DNA of 63,113 bases, filler included, from Intoshia linei (Eukaryota; Animalia; Orthonectida), in the NCBI GenBank assembly GCA_001642005.1. It is 9 parts of 9 records of this genome, joined end to end, with 100 filler letters (N's around TTAATTAATTAA, not from the genome) between each part and the next. Parts side by side here need not be neighbours in the genome. Positions count along the whole stretch, not along the records: positions 43,726 to 49,660 come from LWCA01001728.1; positions 49,761 to 58,650 come from LWCA01001409.1; 7 more parts are not named here. The stretch is one strand, 5' to 3'. The notes beneath the pieces are model-generated. The model was not told the DNA's origin. It searched no databases and saw nothing but the letters and a program-made list of their open reading frames with translations. Below, in pieces: positions 43,726 through 58,210 of the stretch; the stretch's first letter is position 1; each line of letters opens with the position of its first letter. A program made the position numbers and the translations under genes.

Positions 43726-44901
43726 ATAACTTTGACACAACTGATCTACTGTGTCTACCCCGCATTTTGATTTATTGTAGTATAAAATAGACTTAGGCTT
43801 ATTGGAATCAGCATCTATACATCCTTTCACGTGTAAAGTTGACACTAACAATACTTGTTTATTTTTTTGGGGAAGATATGATACAAGTGTTACAATATTT
43901 GAATAGAAAAATTTGATAGATGGGATAATTAAATGTTTTGTATTTGATATTTCAATTGGTAAATCACATTTGTTTTTTCGATTTGTTTCAATGTATTGTA
44001 AATTATTTTCACATAAATACTTGGACTTAAAATTAGAAAAAAAATTATCACCAGATACTGTCCTACAAAAAGATAAATAGTTTTAGTTAGAAATGATACA
44101 ATATATGTAGCAGTTAACTTTTCAGAGGATATCAATGATTTACCTAAATATGGTAAACCGTCAAATGTATATTTTGTAGCAGAATCGACAATTAAAAACA
44201 ATTTCATTCCGTAGCGTGCTGGTTTCATTGGCATATACACACGAAATTTTACACGATTTTCGACAATTTTCAATAAATAACTCCCATCTATTACGAAACG
44301 CAGCAAATTTATCATTTTTATTTCTTGTTTGTACATCATCAAATCTTAAATTTGTCGAAATGTCCCTATATTAGAAAATTTTAAATGTAAGAAATTTGTT
44401 CGTTCATTTGTACATTTCACTATAATATCCAATACTTTTTGATCAATAAATTTTATAAAGTAGCCCACTCTAAATTCATATGTTCTGATGTTTATATGTT
44501 CTATAAATTGTAATGTTTGACGTGGGATTGGTTTATTGGACCAAATAGTATCAGTTTTTGATATAAAATATTCATTTTCCGACATATAATCTGTGCTAGC
44601 GTCAGAATATTCGCTATCACAGCTTTCACTACTTGTATCATTATTTTCATTCATTTTGAGATAAAATTTCTATTAATGAATTAATTATTTTTATTATTAA
44701 TTTAGTTATTTACCGATAGATGATTGAAGAGTTTGTTGATATAAATAATAATAATTTAAAAGGCGTAAAGATTTTTTACAAATGTTAATAAATTTATAAA
44801 ATGATTGATATTAAAATTGATCACTATAAGTTTTATTATACTAATAAAATACATCAAAGGAAATTGGCTTGTAGATTTACAATACTTTATGCGTTTAAGT
44901 G
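43726..44901 (-). mobile_element. Degenerate piggyBac (PGBD4-like) element, 5' part
   Basis: FRVYMPMKPARYGMK, YYNKSKCGVDTVDQ, acidic N-terminus; terminus abuts TTAA at 44902-44905; frameshifts and deletions. Confidence 0.85.
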
Positions 44902-45269
44902 TTAAAAGAATCAAAATTTGACTTGTAAATTTAGTATTAATGCGGATGTAATAAATTTGTCATTAGTCTTTTGTTGTATGGCTGCCACGTTTTTATTGGA
45001 TCGTAAAATATGTATAGCTAAAAATTAGTCTTAGATTCTAAGGCTTGGAACAAAATTTGGTAGTTATAATCACCACCGCTGACAGTTATCGTTACTTTTT
45101 TTATCGGTAGTTTTAGGTTTAACCCTAAGGTTTTTGATTAAATTTGAGCCAGATTTAAAATTAAATTTTATTCTGATTTGTTCTCTTTATTTCAAAACGT
45201 CAACTTTGATTGGGAGTTACATGAATTTAGAAAAGTAAAGCACACATTTTACAAAAATTTCGTATAGAC

Positions 45270-45913
45270 CCCTGCAGAAACAGGATACATACTGCTTTGA
45301 TAACATGTATTGATGAACGTGACAATTTATTTAATTTTTATGTATTTAAGTGTCTTTCCGAGTACTAGTTTTACAATTTTAGAGTTCCAACACTCTCTGC
45401 TTATGGATTTTCATCTGCCTGGGGAGATGAGGTAGTCGATTTTCATTCAAATCTTAACCCCGAGATATCTAGTATAGTCAAGGTAATATTTTTTTATATA
45501 TTGTTTTTATCAATTATGGATTGTATTCTAAACAAACGAATTGGTTAAAGTTCGCAATGGTTACCCTTATAACACTACCCATAACGGCTTCTAATGAATG
45601 ATGATACTAACATATAAATAAAAATAGTTTGAAAAACGGTAGTGACACGTGGTAGTTTTGTTAGAAAAAATTTAAGGACTGAATTGATGATTTCTTATAT
45701 TGAGATTATTAACATTTTCATTAATTTTAATTTAATGTAGTTTGATGGTGGTGGCATGGTTCAAGAAGAAAAACCGAAAGAATTGTTCAAAGCCATAGTG
45801 TTATTCTTACATGAATCTGGAATTTGTAATTATTATTAAATTACTTTTGTCATTTTAAAAATGTTGTTTTAGTTATACCTTACACGAAGAACGGGAAAAA
45901 CTATTTAATCTAA
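45270..45913 (+). CDS. NDRG-family alpha/beta-hydrolase-fold protein, 3' exons (45383-45482, 45741-45825, 45873-45913, probably ~45269-45306)
   Basis: VPTLSAYGFSSAWGDEVVDFHSNLNPEISSIVK/FDGGGMVQEEKPKELFKAIVLFLHESG parallels the NDRG C-terminal motif. Confidence 0.7.
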
Positions 45914-46217
45914 TTGATAATTTCAAAATATTTCGATGTTATTTATTGTAGTGAAATGAGTAAAAAATTATTTAATAAATTTTATTTTTCATTTTAAATT
46001 TAAATTTAACAATGTGGTTCATAATTAATAATGTTTTTAATTAATTCTGCAATGAATGTTTATTACACTATTAAAGTAATAGATTTTAAGATAAAAACGA
46101 ATTTAAGAATATTATACAATGTATTTTGATACAAATTTATACCATATGTAACCTGAATATTTTTGTAGGTTGTAATCGTCAATAAAAATTTGAAATTTAA
46201 CATTTTAATTCGTTCAA

Positions 46218-48982
46218 ATGTTGGGTTTTATGGATTACATCATTGTGGGTTGTTTTATGTTTTTTTTTTTTGCGTCTGGTTTTATTTTTTATTTTAAAAG
46301 TAAGTATATATTTATTAATTATAATTTCTATAAAAAAGATAAATCTGCATGTAATTCTTTATTTTAGATAGAAAGGATACTATTATTGAGTATATTGTAC
46401 CCAGTAATGTACCAATTTATCAAGTTTCGTTATCGCTCATAGCTTCATTCATATCGGCGATTACTGTTCTAGGAGTACCTTCTGAGATTTATGTAAATGG
46501 TGCTTCTTATATCATTATTTGCTTTGCTTATATATTGGCAATACTTGCGGCAAATACCCTTTTTATACCAGTGTACTATAATTGCATCAAAACATCTATA
46601 TTTGAGGTATGTCAATCTGATGTATCGGTCAAAATACATATTTATGAATTATTTGTATAAAAATTCACTTCATGTTTATTAGTATTTAGAAGGCCGATTC
46701 AACAGGCTGGTTGCTATATTTTTCGCAGTTATATTTGTTATTCAAACGGTATGTTGCAAATTGCTATTGCTATTCTAATGGATATTTAATTTTTATTAGA
46801 TTTTTTATAGCTCTTTGGCATTGTATGGGCCATCTTTAGCAGTCAGTACAGGTAGACAACAGATTTATAAATTAAATAATATTTTTATATATAATTTAGT
46901 TGAAAATGTAAATATATGGTATATATTGTGTTTAATAGCATTTTTATCAACAATATATACTTCTTTAGTATGATAATTTTATTCTTATTATATAGTTTCA
47001 TATTTAGGGTGGAATGAAAATTGTATTGTGGAGTGATACAATTCAAGCCTTGCTTATATTGATTGGTCCAATTTTTATTATTTTTGAATCGGCCATCAAT
47101 AATCATGGAATCATTAACATTGTCGAAAAATTTAATGATTATAAAAAAATACCATTTTTTAAGTAATATTATTGACAACTTTATATGAAAATCATGTACT
47201 CCACACTTATATTAATCTTATTTAATAATATTTATGTACTATCATCTTTTTGAAAATATAAGCCAATTTTACTTACCAATTATGCAACACGACCCAAAGT
47301 TCGTATTGGACCACAAAATTTAAATTTGGATTGTGCTTAGGTCGGCTTCGAGTTGATGACCGTGTTGCATAACGTTGATACCTTAGTTTTCATATATGAT
47401 GATACCTAATTAAAGTGAACTATACAGTTTATACGTCAATCTAAAATTTAGACTTTTAACTTAAGATATTTATAATAGGTTTGACTTGGATTTAACAACA
47501 AAAAACACCGTTTGGCAATTAATCATTAGTGGAACAATTATGTACATGTCAATGTACTCATCAAATCAATGCGAAATTCAAAGATTAATGACTTTACGAA
47601 GTTTAAAAAAGGCAAAAAGGTACAAACATAATTAAAACAATATATTAGTTATACAATCAGACCTGTATATAATGGAGACTAACGTTTAAAATAAGGAATG
47701 AATTTATGACATTAAAATTTATATTGTTATATTGGAAATGTGTAGACGTTTAATTAACATTTTTATTAAATTATGGGATGAATATTTACATTTGCATTTA
47801 TAATTTCAATTTCAAAATTAGAAAAATATTAGTTGATAATTATAATATATTAGAAGTTATTTTTCAATGGGAATGCGTAGATTTCTGGGTTTAAATTTTG
47901 TATCTGTATCAACTCGAATACGCTGTATAAGAATAATTCTTTTTTTAAATTCTAGGATCATTAATTATTATAATTTTTTTGGTTTCAATAAAAGTTACCA
48001 AATAAAAAATAAAAAAATAAATACCAAAATGCTTTTTTGACCGTGAATGATATTAAGACCATGACTTAGAGAGATTATAATTTTTTGTGTGTTTTAACTT
48101 GAGATAACTGTATGAGTTGTAATTTTTTTTAAATTCTACTATTTTCATAATTTTAAAAAAGTGGTAATATGGGTTTTGATCGTGCCATTCACTTCTTTGA
48201 GCTTTTCATTACTGATAATGTTTATGATTTTAAAAATTATTCCAGAATTTATGTTTTATAAAATTTTAGGACATTGTTCATTTTTAAAACAAAGGGTAAT
48301 TTGATGTTTTGACCATAAAAGTGTGCGTTTCTGGTGATAAGATTTATGAAAATGTAATGATTTTAAAACGCATTCCTGAATTTGTGTTTTTTTTAATTTA
48401 TGGGCTATTTTTGTTAAAAAAAAGAAAAAGAAATATTGGGTTTTTGATCGTGACGGACTATTTTTCGGAAAATGAAAAATAGATAAAAACACGTCTTAGG
48501 AAAAATTGTATTAGAAATTAGGTTTTGTTAAATTCTGAAACTGTTGATTTTTTTAATAAACGGTAATACACTGATATTCAATTTTATACATGTAAAAGAT
48601 TTCGTCAGATAAAATTAAATTTTTCTACTTTTTAATTTCAATCTATAAAATACTTTTTCTATTAATTTTGAGGTTTTTTAAAATCTATTCTGGATGATTT
48701 TATGATATTTTTTCACTCTTCAAAAATGTTTACTATATTAGATTTTCAATATATACAGGTCTGACTGTTGATAAAATTGCGCTACATTTTAGAATCCATC
48801 AGAAAATGATGTCGATTCTTTAAAAATGTGTTTGTGTACAAAAAATAATTAATATATGAAATAATAGATCTTTGTGGATAATTGTTCCTTTAAAGATAAT
48901 AATAACATTGACGATGGCATTATGCGGCATATGTGTAAATGTTTATTATGGAAATGAAAAACTAGAGGGAAAAAACGATCAG
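46218..48982 (+). CDS. SLC5 sodium:solute symporter (SLC5A8/SMVT/NIS type), 5' part; remainder lost at the gap
   Basis: MDYII, SLIASFISAITVLGVPSEIY, FEYLEGRF, YGPSLA, GGMKIVLWSDTIQ, NQCEIQR across phase-consistent exons. Confidence 0.88.
47860..48570 (-). repeat. Older diverged Helitron-family body in an SLC5 intron
   Basis: gggaatgcgtagatttctggg... and repeated gggttttgaYc units homologous to the family. Confidence 0.55.
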
Positions 48983-49228
48983 GTTTATATTGTTTATGTT
49001 ACGAACAGTAAGTTATTATATCACTACTTGATAAAATTTAAATTCTCAACAGTGTGTAGAGTCTACACTGTAGACCCGATCATACCGAGCTCTAAACCAA
49101 CCAAAAACGAAAGATTGACAAAAAAAAAATTCGTACGATACGTACGGTAAGTACCTACGACGTAGGTCCTACGTAGTAGTTAATACCTTATTAAGACTAG
49201 TTAATACTAGTTAATATATCTTTTTAAT

Positions 49229-49660
49229 TTCAAAATGAGATTAATACACTTCAAAACAAGAATAACAAAGTTCAAAATGAGAATAGTAAATTTCAAAACG
49301 AGAATATTTAAAAATTTCAAAATTATACATAAATTTATTAATTAAAATGTTGTCTTCCAATTGTAATGCTGGTGCAATGTATCTGCTTATACAAGCAATA
49401 CAATTTGCACACGTAGATATACTAATTCAATTCATAGATTCTCTCGTTAGCTGTTCTAGGGCACGTGCTCTTGATTCAGTCATAGACCTCCTGTAATACC
49501 TCCTCAAGGCGAACGGCAAGTGATCGCTTTATCTAGGCTTTAACGCTTGACCACACAGTCTCAATTGGGTTGAAAATAGGACTGTATGGTCCAAGCCTTA
49601 TAATTAAATGTTCAGAAAATTCTGGTATTAGTAATATACTCTCCATATCGCTGTGCACTG
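49229..49660 (-). mobile_element. Tc1/IS630-type DDE (DD37E-like) transposase 3' remnant with 21-nt subterminal repeats
   Basis: RLGPYSPIFNPIETVWSSVKA*; ttcaaaaYgaga-type repeats at 49229, 49250, 49271, 49292. Confidence 0.75.
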
Positions 49661-49917
49661 NNNNNNNNNNNNNNNNNNNNNNNNNNNNNNNNNNNNNNNN
49701 NNNNTTAATTAATTAANNNNNNNNNNNNNNNNNNNNNNNNNNNNNNNNNNNNNNNNNNNNATTCTTTACGCAAATGTTAACAAACAAAAAATTAAGATGG
49801 AATAATTCAGTTTACATTTTACAAACATTTCGTCGAGGCCCCGAAGAGGGGTCTCTGGGTGCGCCTGGGTGACTGTTTCTAAGTCTGATCTAGTATATTA
49901 AAAAATGAAAATTATAG

Positions 49918-52900
49918 GTTGAAATCTACAATCCATCAAATAAAACTATAGCTTTTACACCAGTGATCGTTGGAAAATACAAGAAAAATTTCAACTTGGT
50001 CAATGTAAAATTGAAGCAAATAATTAAATTGGGCCCGAAAGCCAAATTTGTTGTAAACATATCATTTTTCAGCAATTTTCACGGATTATTTAAATCTTGG
50101 CTAATTTTTATTGGTCAAAGGCTTGCCAACATTAGCGACTGTTGCAACAACATTTGCTTTGTTTTAAACGGGGAAATTAATGAAATTACCGTTTTGGTAA
50201 AATTCTTTATTTATATAAGATTTAATATTATTTGTATAGGCGAGCTACCACGAAACAATTCATTGTTATGACGTTCATAACTTTTTCCTTAATGTGGATG
50301 AATTGCAAAATTCTGATAATTACAAAATTAATTTTACGTCCATAAACATAAACAAGTATCCCAACGATGAGAAAAACGTGAATGAATTAGGTAATGTTGA
50401 TTTTTAGATTTTTAGATAATTTTTCTTTGTTAGCTCCATGCTATTTATTCGGAAGCAAATCCTCGATAGTACTGGATGAAAATAAAAAGTATAAAATTAA
50501 TTTAATTGCTATTGCATTAAAAACCGGTATCTGGAAATTTTACATGCACCTGACTCACGAAAAACTGGGAGAATATCGTTACAAAATTACATTAAAAGTT
50601 GCTTTACCTAAGAACTGTCGTGTTCCATATAAATATTCCGAATCTTCAATTAGACTTAGTACATCTATTGCTGCATGTATGTTTTTAGTTGTTTTTCTAT
50701 ATTTTTAGCTAAATACCGACAAAGTGATTCTGACGATTTTGACAAAGATATACTTTATTGGTTTGTCAAGTCTAGTGACAATATTAATCAAAATATTAAT
50801 ATTCCTTACATCAATGAACTCAAAATGACGGCCCTGTCAAATATTTATAATTTTGTAATTTATACTGTAATATAAAAATTTATTTTTCTAAAGATAATGA
50901 AACAAAATGACTTTAATAAAAATTTCGAAATTTTAAAATCTGATGAAGAAAAATTGTCCATATGGCTTAAAAAACATTTGGTAATAAAAAATTGTTTATT
51001 TGTCAGTCTTTTTTTGTATATTTAGGCTATACCTTTGCGGACTACATATAATGTAACTTGTCTGTGCAATTTGGTGGATGTACCACAAATTACGACAATA
51101 GATGATCTTTACAAAATGATAGATAATGGTGAATTTTTAAAAAAAATTTAACTAATTTAATTAATCATTATAATATATTTATTAACCTTTTTTAATTATT
51201 CACTTTTTTAGAGTATTGTCTCTCTTTAAATGTTAGATTTTCATGTCGATCCGAAAAAATAGAAAAATTTGATATAATTCTGGAGTCTGAGCATGATATC
51301 CGTGTTTTACGTATACATTGCGATGTTAGTAATAGTTCAAGCGATCCAAAGTTTCTATTTAAAACGTATGCATTAGAAAAAATTGTTCAAAATATACCAA
51401 TTGTAATTATTTATTTTTTATACAGCGTCATTATCCCTTTACAACAATTATAACATTATTTGTACACTTATTCCATTGTTATTGTTTCATATTTCATTTT
51501 ATGAATTAAAATTATTATAAGTTAATTAAAACTATTAGTTTAAACATTTTCTTAGATAAATCAAACGGAGAATGATTGGATTCTAAATGTACTTATAGAA
51601 GGATCTGGGTTTTCTGGACCAACCACTTTGCATGTTCCAGCACACAGAGTTGCTGAATATATATTGACATATGCTCCAATTATTGTTGGAAATGTCGAGG
51701 TATTTAAATATCACACTGCACAATACTCAAAAAAGTTTTGCACAATGAGAGACAATACTGAAATTTTTTTAAAAACCATTAAAAAAAAGTTTCATTTTGT
51801 TGCACCGTGTAATTAATGAATTTATATTTTTTAAACTCCAAGAATTTTTGTTTAATTTTTGATATGTGTCTTATACAAAAGAGAAAAAACTACTCCATCA
51901 TGAAATTTAATTAATGTGGATGAAATATGAAGAAATATATTCTACTGAATATTTAAAAACTTAAAATGAAATATACTCGTCAAAAAATATTATAATTTTG
52001 TTACATTAAGCATCTTCATCCTTTAATGAATCTGTTAAAATTTATCCCAAACTCTTAAAAAAATTTGTTTTAGAAAAACCCTTGACTTTTTTTGAGATTT
52101 GAAGGGTCAATCTTTATTTAGAAACTTAAAATATAATAATATTAATAAAAATATTTAAAAAAAATGTTTTTACATACAAAATAATTGTAATACAAATATA
52201 ACAAAGGTTTTAATTTTTTTAGGTAATTCTTATGTGTCTCTATCTAAGTAACCATGCTTCAATTTTATTTCTAATTTTTACAATATAATTTTCTCAATTA
52301 ACTCTTTCACAAAATAATAAAAGTTAGTCAAAACTTTTTAAACAGTCTTAAAATTTTTGACGTGTTATTTATATCGGAGGATTACTGTAAGCCTTTACCG
52401 TCATGAAGATTTTTTAATGAAAGACAGTATAAACAAAGTCAAATTAAAAAAAACTAAAATTGTACAATTAAATAATATTTTTCATCATTCCATGATCCTC
52501 TAATAATTTTTTAACGTCTCTATTTTTGTCGCGTTTTTATTTAAATTCAATAAAAACTTTTCTACCGTAAAGGTAAAATTACATCAAATCATATTATATC
52601 AAGAAATTTAGACATTTTTGTTTCTGAATTGCGATAAAAACGACGTTCATTTTAAATTTCCAATTTTCGGTGAAGCTCTCAACCCTCGTCCTTATAAAAC
52701 ACTAGAGGTTGACTGTATCTGCAATGAAAGGTAATATTATCTAAATGTTAAGATTTAATTAGAAAAATTTCAAGTTATTGATAAAATTAAATTATTAAAT
52801 TTTATGTAGAAAAATGATTCAAATTAGTGTTCCAAATTTATGCTCACGTCGAGTGCATTTTGTCGTTAGTAACAGTTTACCATTTTTGACAGGTAAAAGT

Positions 52901-55900
52901 TCTTTATCTGTCATTCCGGGACAAGAAAAGAAATATGAATTGAACATTTACGCAAGAAAGAGTGGAGATTTCCAAGATATAGTTGTTTTTAAAGTTGAAT
53001 CGGATAATAACATGTATGAATAATTATAAAGTATTATTAATCATATTGTAGTGAATATGACAGTGATGGAGACAAGGTAGACATTTCATATAACGGCCTC
53101 AATCAACACTCTGTTGTCGGATATAATATTTATTATTATTTGAACGTACATGCGACAAAATCCGATCCAATTAAAACCATAAATATTTCTGCGGAATGCA
53201 TGGTATACTTTTATTTGCATTGGAATATGGGATTTTTTATTTTTTAAAACTAGAAACCAGTTGAAATTACCATTCCAATTTCAAATTTAACTGAATCGGC
53301 AGTAGAATACCACGTAGAAATTGAAGGAAAATGTTTTTCGTCTCAGAATGAATTAATTTTGATTAACGAGGGAGAAACTTTCGAGTTTATTTTAACATAT
53401 TGTCCGTCTTATATAGATGATTACTTTGGAAGGCAATTTAAATTAATTTCACTATTATATTCTGTTTAGTGTGACATTTGGTAATGAATTATCTGGAGAA
53501 TTTTGGTATGCTGTTAAAGGGTCTGTGAAAGAAACTTTAGTGACAATGTTACCAATTTTGAAATGTGAATTGGGTAAATGGACGAGTACTAACATTGAAT
53601 TGTATAATCCTACCGCTGAAGATATTATTGTTTGTCCTTTTATATCGAATGAAACTAATTACACTATCGATATCAACATGATAAAAATTGAATCAAACAG
53701 TTATTTTAGTGTTCCGTATCATTTTTTAAATTATCCATTTATTATTCATTTAGTATAAAATTTATGCCTTTGAGATTAGGATCACATAATCATCATTGCA
53801 ATATTAGTTTCGTGAATGACAATGTAATTATTTATTATGCATTAATCTTTTATATATTTTCATACAGTGGTCGATCCCACAAGTGACCCATTGTCTTTTG
53901 GAAGGGTTTTCGAATACACTAATTAATTAATTGATTATGGTGATTAATAACATCAATAAGATACATTAAGATATATTTTACAACCCTTGACAGATGTACT
54001 CAATTTAATATTGATTGGCACATCGACAATAGGGAAAAATATCGTTTTGTTAATTTAACGTTAAATTGTAAAGGTTTCACAAATCCATCATATACTCTAT
54101 ATCAGGGATTTGTAGAGGCTTTGATATGTTTTACAAAATTTTCATTTGAACAGGGTTTCTCATTTTTTAGTTTTTAGATTCCTTTAAAAATACGTTACAC
54201 TCAAATTCCTTTGTTTAATTTTTTGTCTTAGTCGATTGCATCAACTCCAGGATTTAAGATAATACTATTTAATTGTTTGTCAGTTTTGATTTCATTTTTT
54301 CATCATAATGATAAAAAATTTATATTTTCTTGACATGGTCACTTTAAAGAGCGACCATTGTGAAAACTCTGTATTACACTACCGACTTACAGGGATGTAT
54401 ATTTTTCAAATCCATGTTTGTGATTTTGTAATACTAAACGCAACCCACTGGATAAAGTTTCCAACAATTGAAAGGGTTACAGATTATTAATTTAACAAAT
54501 TGACGCCCTAAATATACAATTGCTTTTAAATATAAAATAATTAATATAGTTCCCTGGTTGGAAATTTCACATAAGTGGAGTGGGGCTCGTTCCAAATGTG
54601 CAGGAAACAACAGACGTAGCTTGTTCAATTGGAAAGGTAGTTACAATAGTAATTCCATTCCGCAATCCAACGGATCAAAAAGTTTACATGGATTATCATC
54701 TTAGAGGTAAATTAAATTCATAAGATATTTAACTAAAAATACAGATTACAGACAAGTTTCATGTGAACAGGACGAAATTGAAGAGCAAGAAAGTTGTTTC
54801 AAAATAATTCATTCTAATTCTGCGAATAATGTAGAAGTTGATCCTAATAATGTTTGTGAAATTAGCATACTTTATAGCCCTCTTATATTTAATACGTACT
54901 TTTAATATCATATTATGGTCCACGTCAGGGTGAGTATTTTTATTATCAAATGCATTAATAGCTAATAATTTAATCTGAATAGTTAATGTAATATTTCCAT
55001 AGAAACGTTGGGTCACCAAACTTTTAAATAAAATGTTAAAAAATAAAATAAATCATTACACTCTAAGGCAGGAATTCCTAAACTCATTTTGTCTACCGCC
55101 CCTTTTTAGCAATATATTTTCTCAACGCCCCCTAAAAAATTTTTCAGAATATTTACATATTGAATTTTTATTTTAATCGAAATATTTGGAAAATATTGGT
55201 TGATAATATATTAACAATTATTTTTCATCGGGAATGCGTGGATTTCTGGGGTTGAAATTTTGCATTTATATAAACTGGAATAAGCTCTATTAGAATAATT
55301 TTTTTTTTTAATTTGCGAACCGTTAATTATTTCACATTTTTTGTTTTACATATTTATAAAATATTTCGAAAAAAAATGTAATATATGATATATAATAAAT
55401 GTAAATAAAATGCTTTTTTGATTGTGAAGTCATCACTTATTCGGATTGAAATTTTTTGAAATTCTAGGGCTGTTTTCATTAAAAAAAGAAGGGTAATTTG
55501 TGGTTTTGGCCCTGAAGATATAATTTTTTTAAATTCTCCAACTTGTTGAATTTTAAAAAAAAGGACAATTGGGGTTTTTGACGCGTAAAATGTGTTTTTG
55601 GAAGGTTGAAATTTAGTTTGCGAACATCCCAGGAAAGAATTGTAATTGAAATCTGGACTTTATAAAATTCTAAGATGGGTAGTTATTTAAATAAAATTGA
55701 ACACACACACAAACAAAAATCGCGTAGCATATTATATAAGTTAGGATAATTCATAAAATTAAAATATTAACATTAGATACCTGATTGAAAATTAAAGTGT
55801 AACACTAATTGTATACAATTTGTATGTATAAAATATAAGAGCGATAATTAAAATTATTAAATGATGATATGAAATATATTAAAAAAAATTTTATTTATGT

Positions 55901-57793
55901 TTTGATAATCGCTCCCAGCTGAAAATCGTCTCCCTAACTGAATTAATCACTCCTGGGGGGCGATATCGCCTACTTTGGATACCTCTAGCGATATAAGATA
56001 ATAATATAAGAGTCTAAAGCGATGTCCATTCTATGAAGAGACATTAATTTGAGCGATGTATTGTTGGAGCAATACATCTTAGATCGACAAAATCATCGAT
56101 TTTTTCACAAAATTTTAGTAGGTTTCTTTATTTGTATTTTTATTATGTTACAGTTATTTTGTAGGGCTTTTAAGAGAATATTTTTTTGTACAATTTTTTA
56201 AAAATTTTGGGATGAAAATTTTGTAGGGTAACTTGAAGAAACCACAAAAATATTGTCAAAAAATAAATATTATGATTAATTAACAAAATCGATGATTATG
56301 TCACTCTAAGATGTATCGCTCAACAGAATTTTTCGCCTCTAAAAGCAAATAGAAAACTTTTCCCATCCGTAATATTATCTCTAACTTAACGTATTTAATA
56401 TTTTTAATAATTTTAGGAGCCAAACAGAAATAATAATAAATTTGTCGTACGATAAAGATAAAAAAGAGTACATTAAAAAAAATTAAATTAAAATTTTTAT
56501 AGTGACAGAGATGTTATGACTTGGGTTTACCCAATAATTGGTCGATCTGAAATAATCGCGCCTTATGATTCCTCTAATATCATAAAATTTGTAGCTTCAG
56601 AGAAAACTAGGTTAATTAGAAGTTTGAATATCAACTTGGACAACATGTCATATGGTTTTATATTTTTTTGAATAAATAATTTCAGTTTCAGAAACTAATC
56701 ATGCTTTTTATAAAAGAATCAATAATTTTGAAATTATTTGGGATGTAGAAGATCAATACAAAGAATTATTTGACAATTGTGTCGTATACGTGATAGAATC
56801 ATTGAAAAACGTTGATTCGACAAAAACGACCATGATTATCATAAATGTGGTGTACCGCCCCGAAAATATTCACGTGTAAAATACTTAATATTCAAATAAA
56901 TACAATATGTATTTCACTCGTGGTTGAATTACGACATTTAAGATTGACTTGAGTAAAAACATTAGTTTTATTAACTTTTGATCAGATGAATCTACTCTTT
57001 TAATCTTTTTTACCACTAATTAATGTATAGGAAACCTTTAGACATTTTTAGAGTTGAGTACCTAAATTCCTCCAAAAATATGAAATTTTGTAAAAATTAA
57101 AATATAGATTTGCAGCAGATATGATACTTCGATTAAAAAATAAAATACCTTACAACGTTCTTAAATATTCAAATCATCAAGTGATCAACCAAGGACAATG
57201 GCGTTTTTCGTGCGTATTTGAATCCACTGTAGAACAACCAGATAGAAAATTTATCATTGAATCAAAAGGATTAAAAGAATTTTCAACATATAAATTTTTG
57301 TTAGAGTCTACCCCAAAGTAACAATACATATAACATACTATATATTTACGGTATTTAGTAAGCCAATGCAACTGGACGAGTTTACAGTGGAAATAGAAGG
57401 AAATGATGCAATTGTATTTTCAGTACATCCAATGAAAGGTGTCTTTAACGATACTACACAAATCTTTGAGATAAAATTTCTTCCTTCACAGTATGGAATG
57501 ATTTACAATGCCATATTAATCATAAAAGTAAATTCAATTTTTAGTAAACATTACTCAACTTATATTAGACCGAAAACTGCATATGGCGTTTCGTTTTGGA
57601 AGGAAAACCACCAATATATAACATTCCATTAGGCAGGTCCTTTATGCGAGAATTATCCAAAATGCCAGATTCTTTTAAAAAAATTAAAAAGAATAAAAAG
57701 AAATATGTTTTACACAATAAACTAAATGTAACATTTGCAAATTCATCTCCATTTAAAAATGAAATTTCCAAAATATTAAATATTAAAAAATAA
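49918..57793 (+). CDS. CFAP47: Cilia- and flagella-associated protein 47, 3' part (many exons)
   Basis: Serial ASH/Ig-like repeats (VEIYNPS, IELYNPT, IPFRNPT); FGNELSGEFWY, ELGKW, WRFVLEGKPPIY. Confidence 0.78.
55180..55746 (-). mobile_element. Helitron 5' half in a CFAP47 intron, flanked by hAT-MITE-like ends (about 55068 and 55987)
   Basis: cgtagcatattatataagttagga|t terminus; body homology. Confidence 0.65.
56062..56323. mobile_element. MITE/foldback with ~41-nt inverted repeats
   Basis: tgttggagcaatacatcttagatcgacaaaatcatcgatttt pairs with aaaatcgatgattatgtcactctaagatgtatcgctcaaca. Confidence 0.65.
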
Positions 57794-57884
57794 AATTTAA
57801 TACTACATGTTGTATATTGCGCCAAGAATTTTAAATTAATACTTAATTTACTTTCCGCGGAATAATAATAAGAGATAATATTTA

Positions 57885-58210
57885 ATTGAAATAATTAACG
57901 GTCCGAAAATTAAAAAAAAAAGATTATTCTGATAGAGCTTATTCCAGTTTATATAAATGCAAAATTTCAACCCCAGAAATCCACGCATTCCCGATGAAAA
58001 ATAATTGTTAATATATTATCAACCAATATTTTTCAAATAATGCAATTAAAATCAAAAATTGAAAATGTAAATATTGATTCTACAATTTCAAAAAAATGTG
58101 GATTGTACGTCTAGACATTTCCAGTAAAGACATATGGGTGAAAATCTATATAATTCATTCCTTCGGAATGATTTTTCATTGCTACGCAATTTTTAAATTT
58201 CAAATTTTCA
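57885..58210 (+). repeat. Helitron-family internal fragment
   Basis: Near-identical to 4228-4525. Confidence 0.7.

Noticed and set aside
49229-49312. 21-nt periodic repeats as a CRISPR-like array
   Set aside because: No unique spacers of suitable length, eukaryotic context, adjacent to a DDE transposase end
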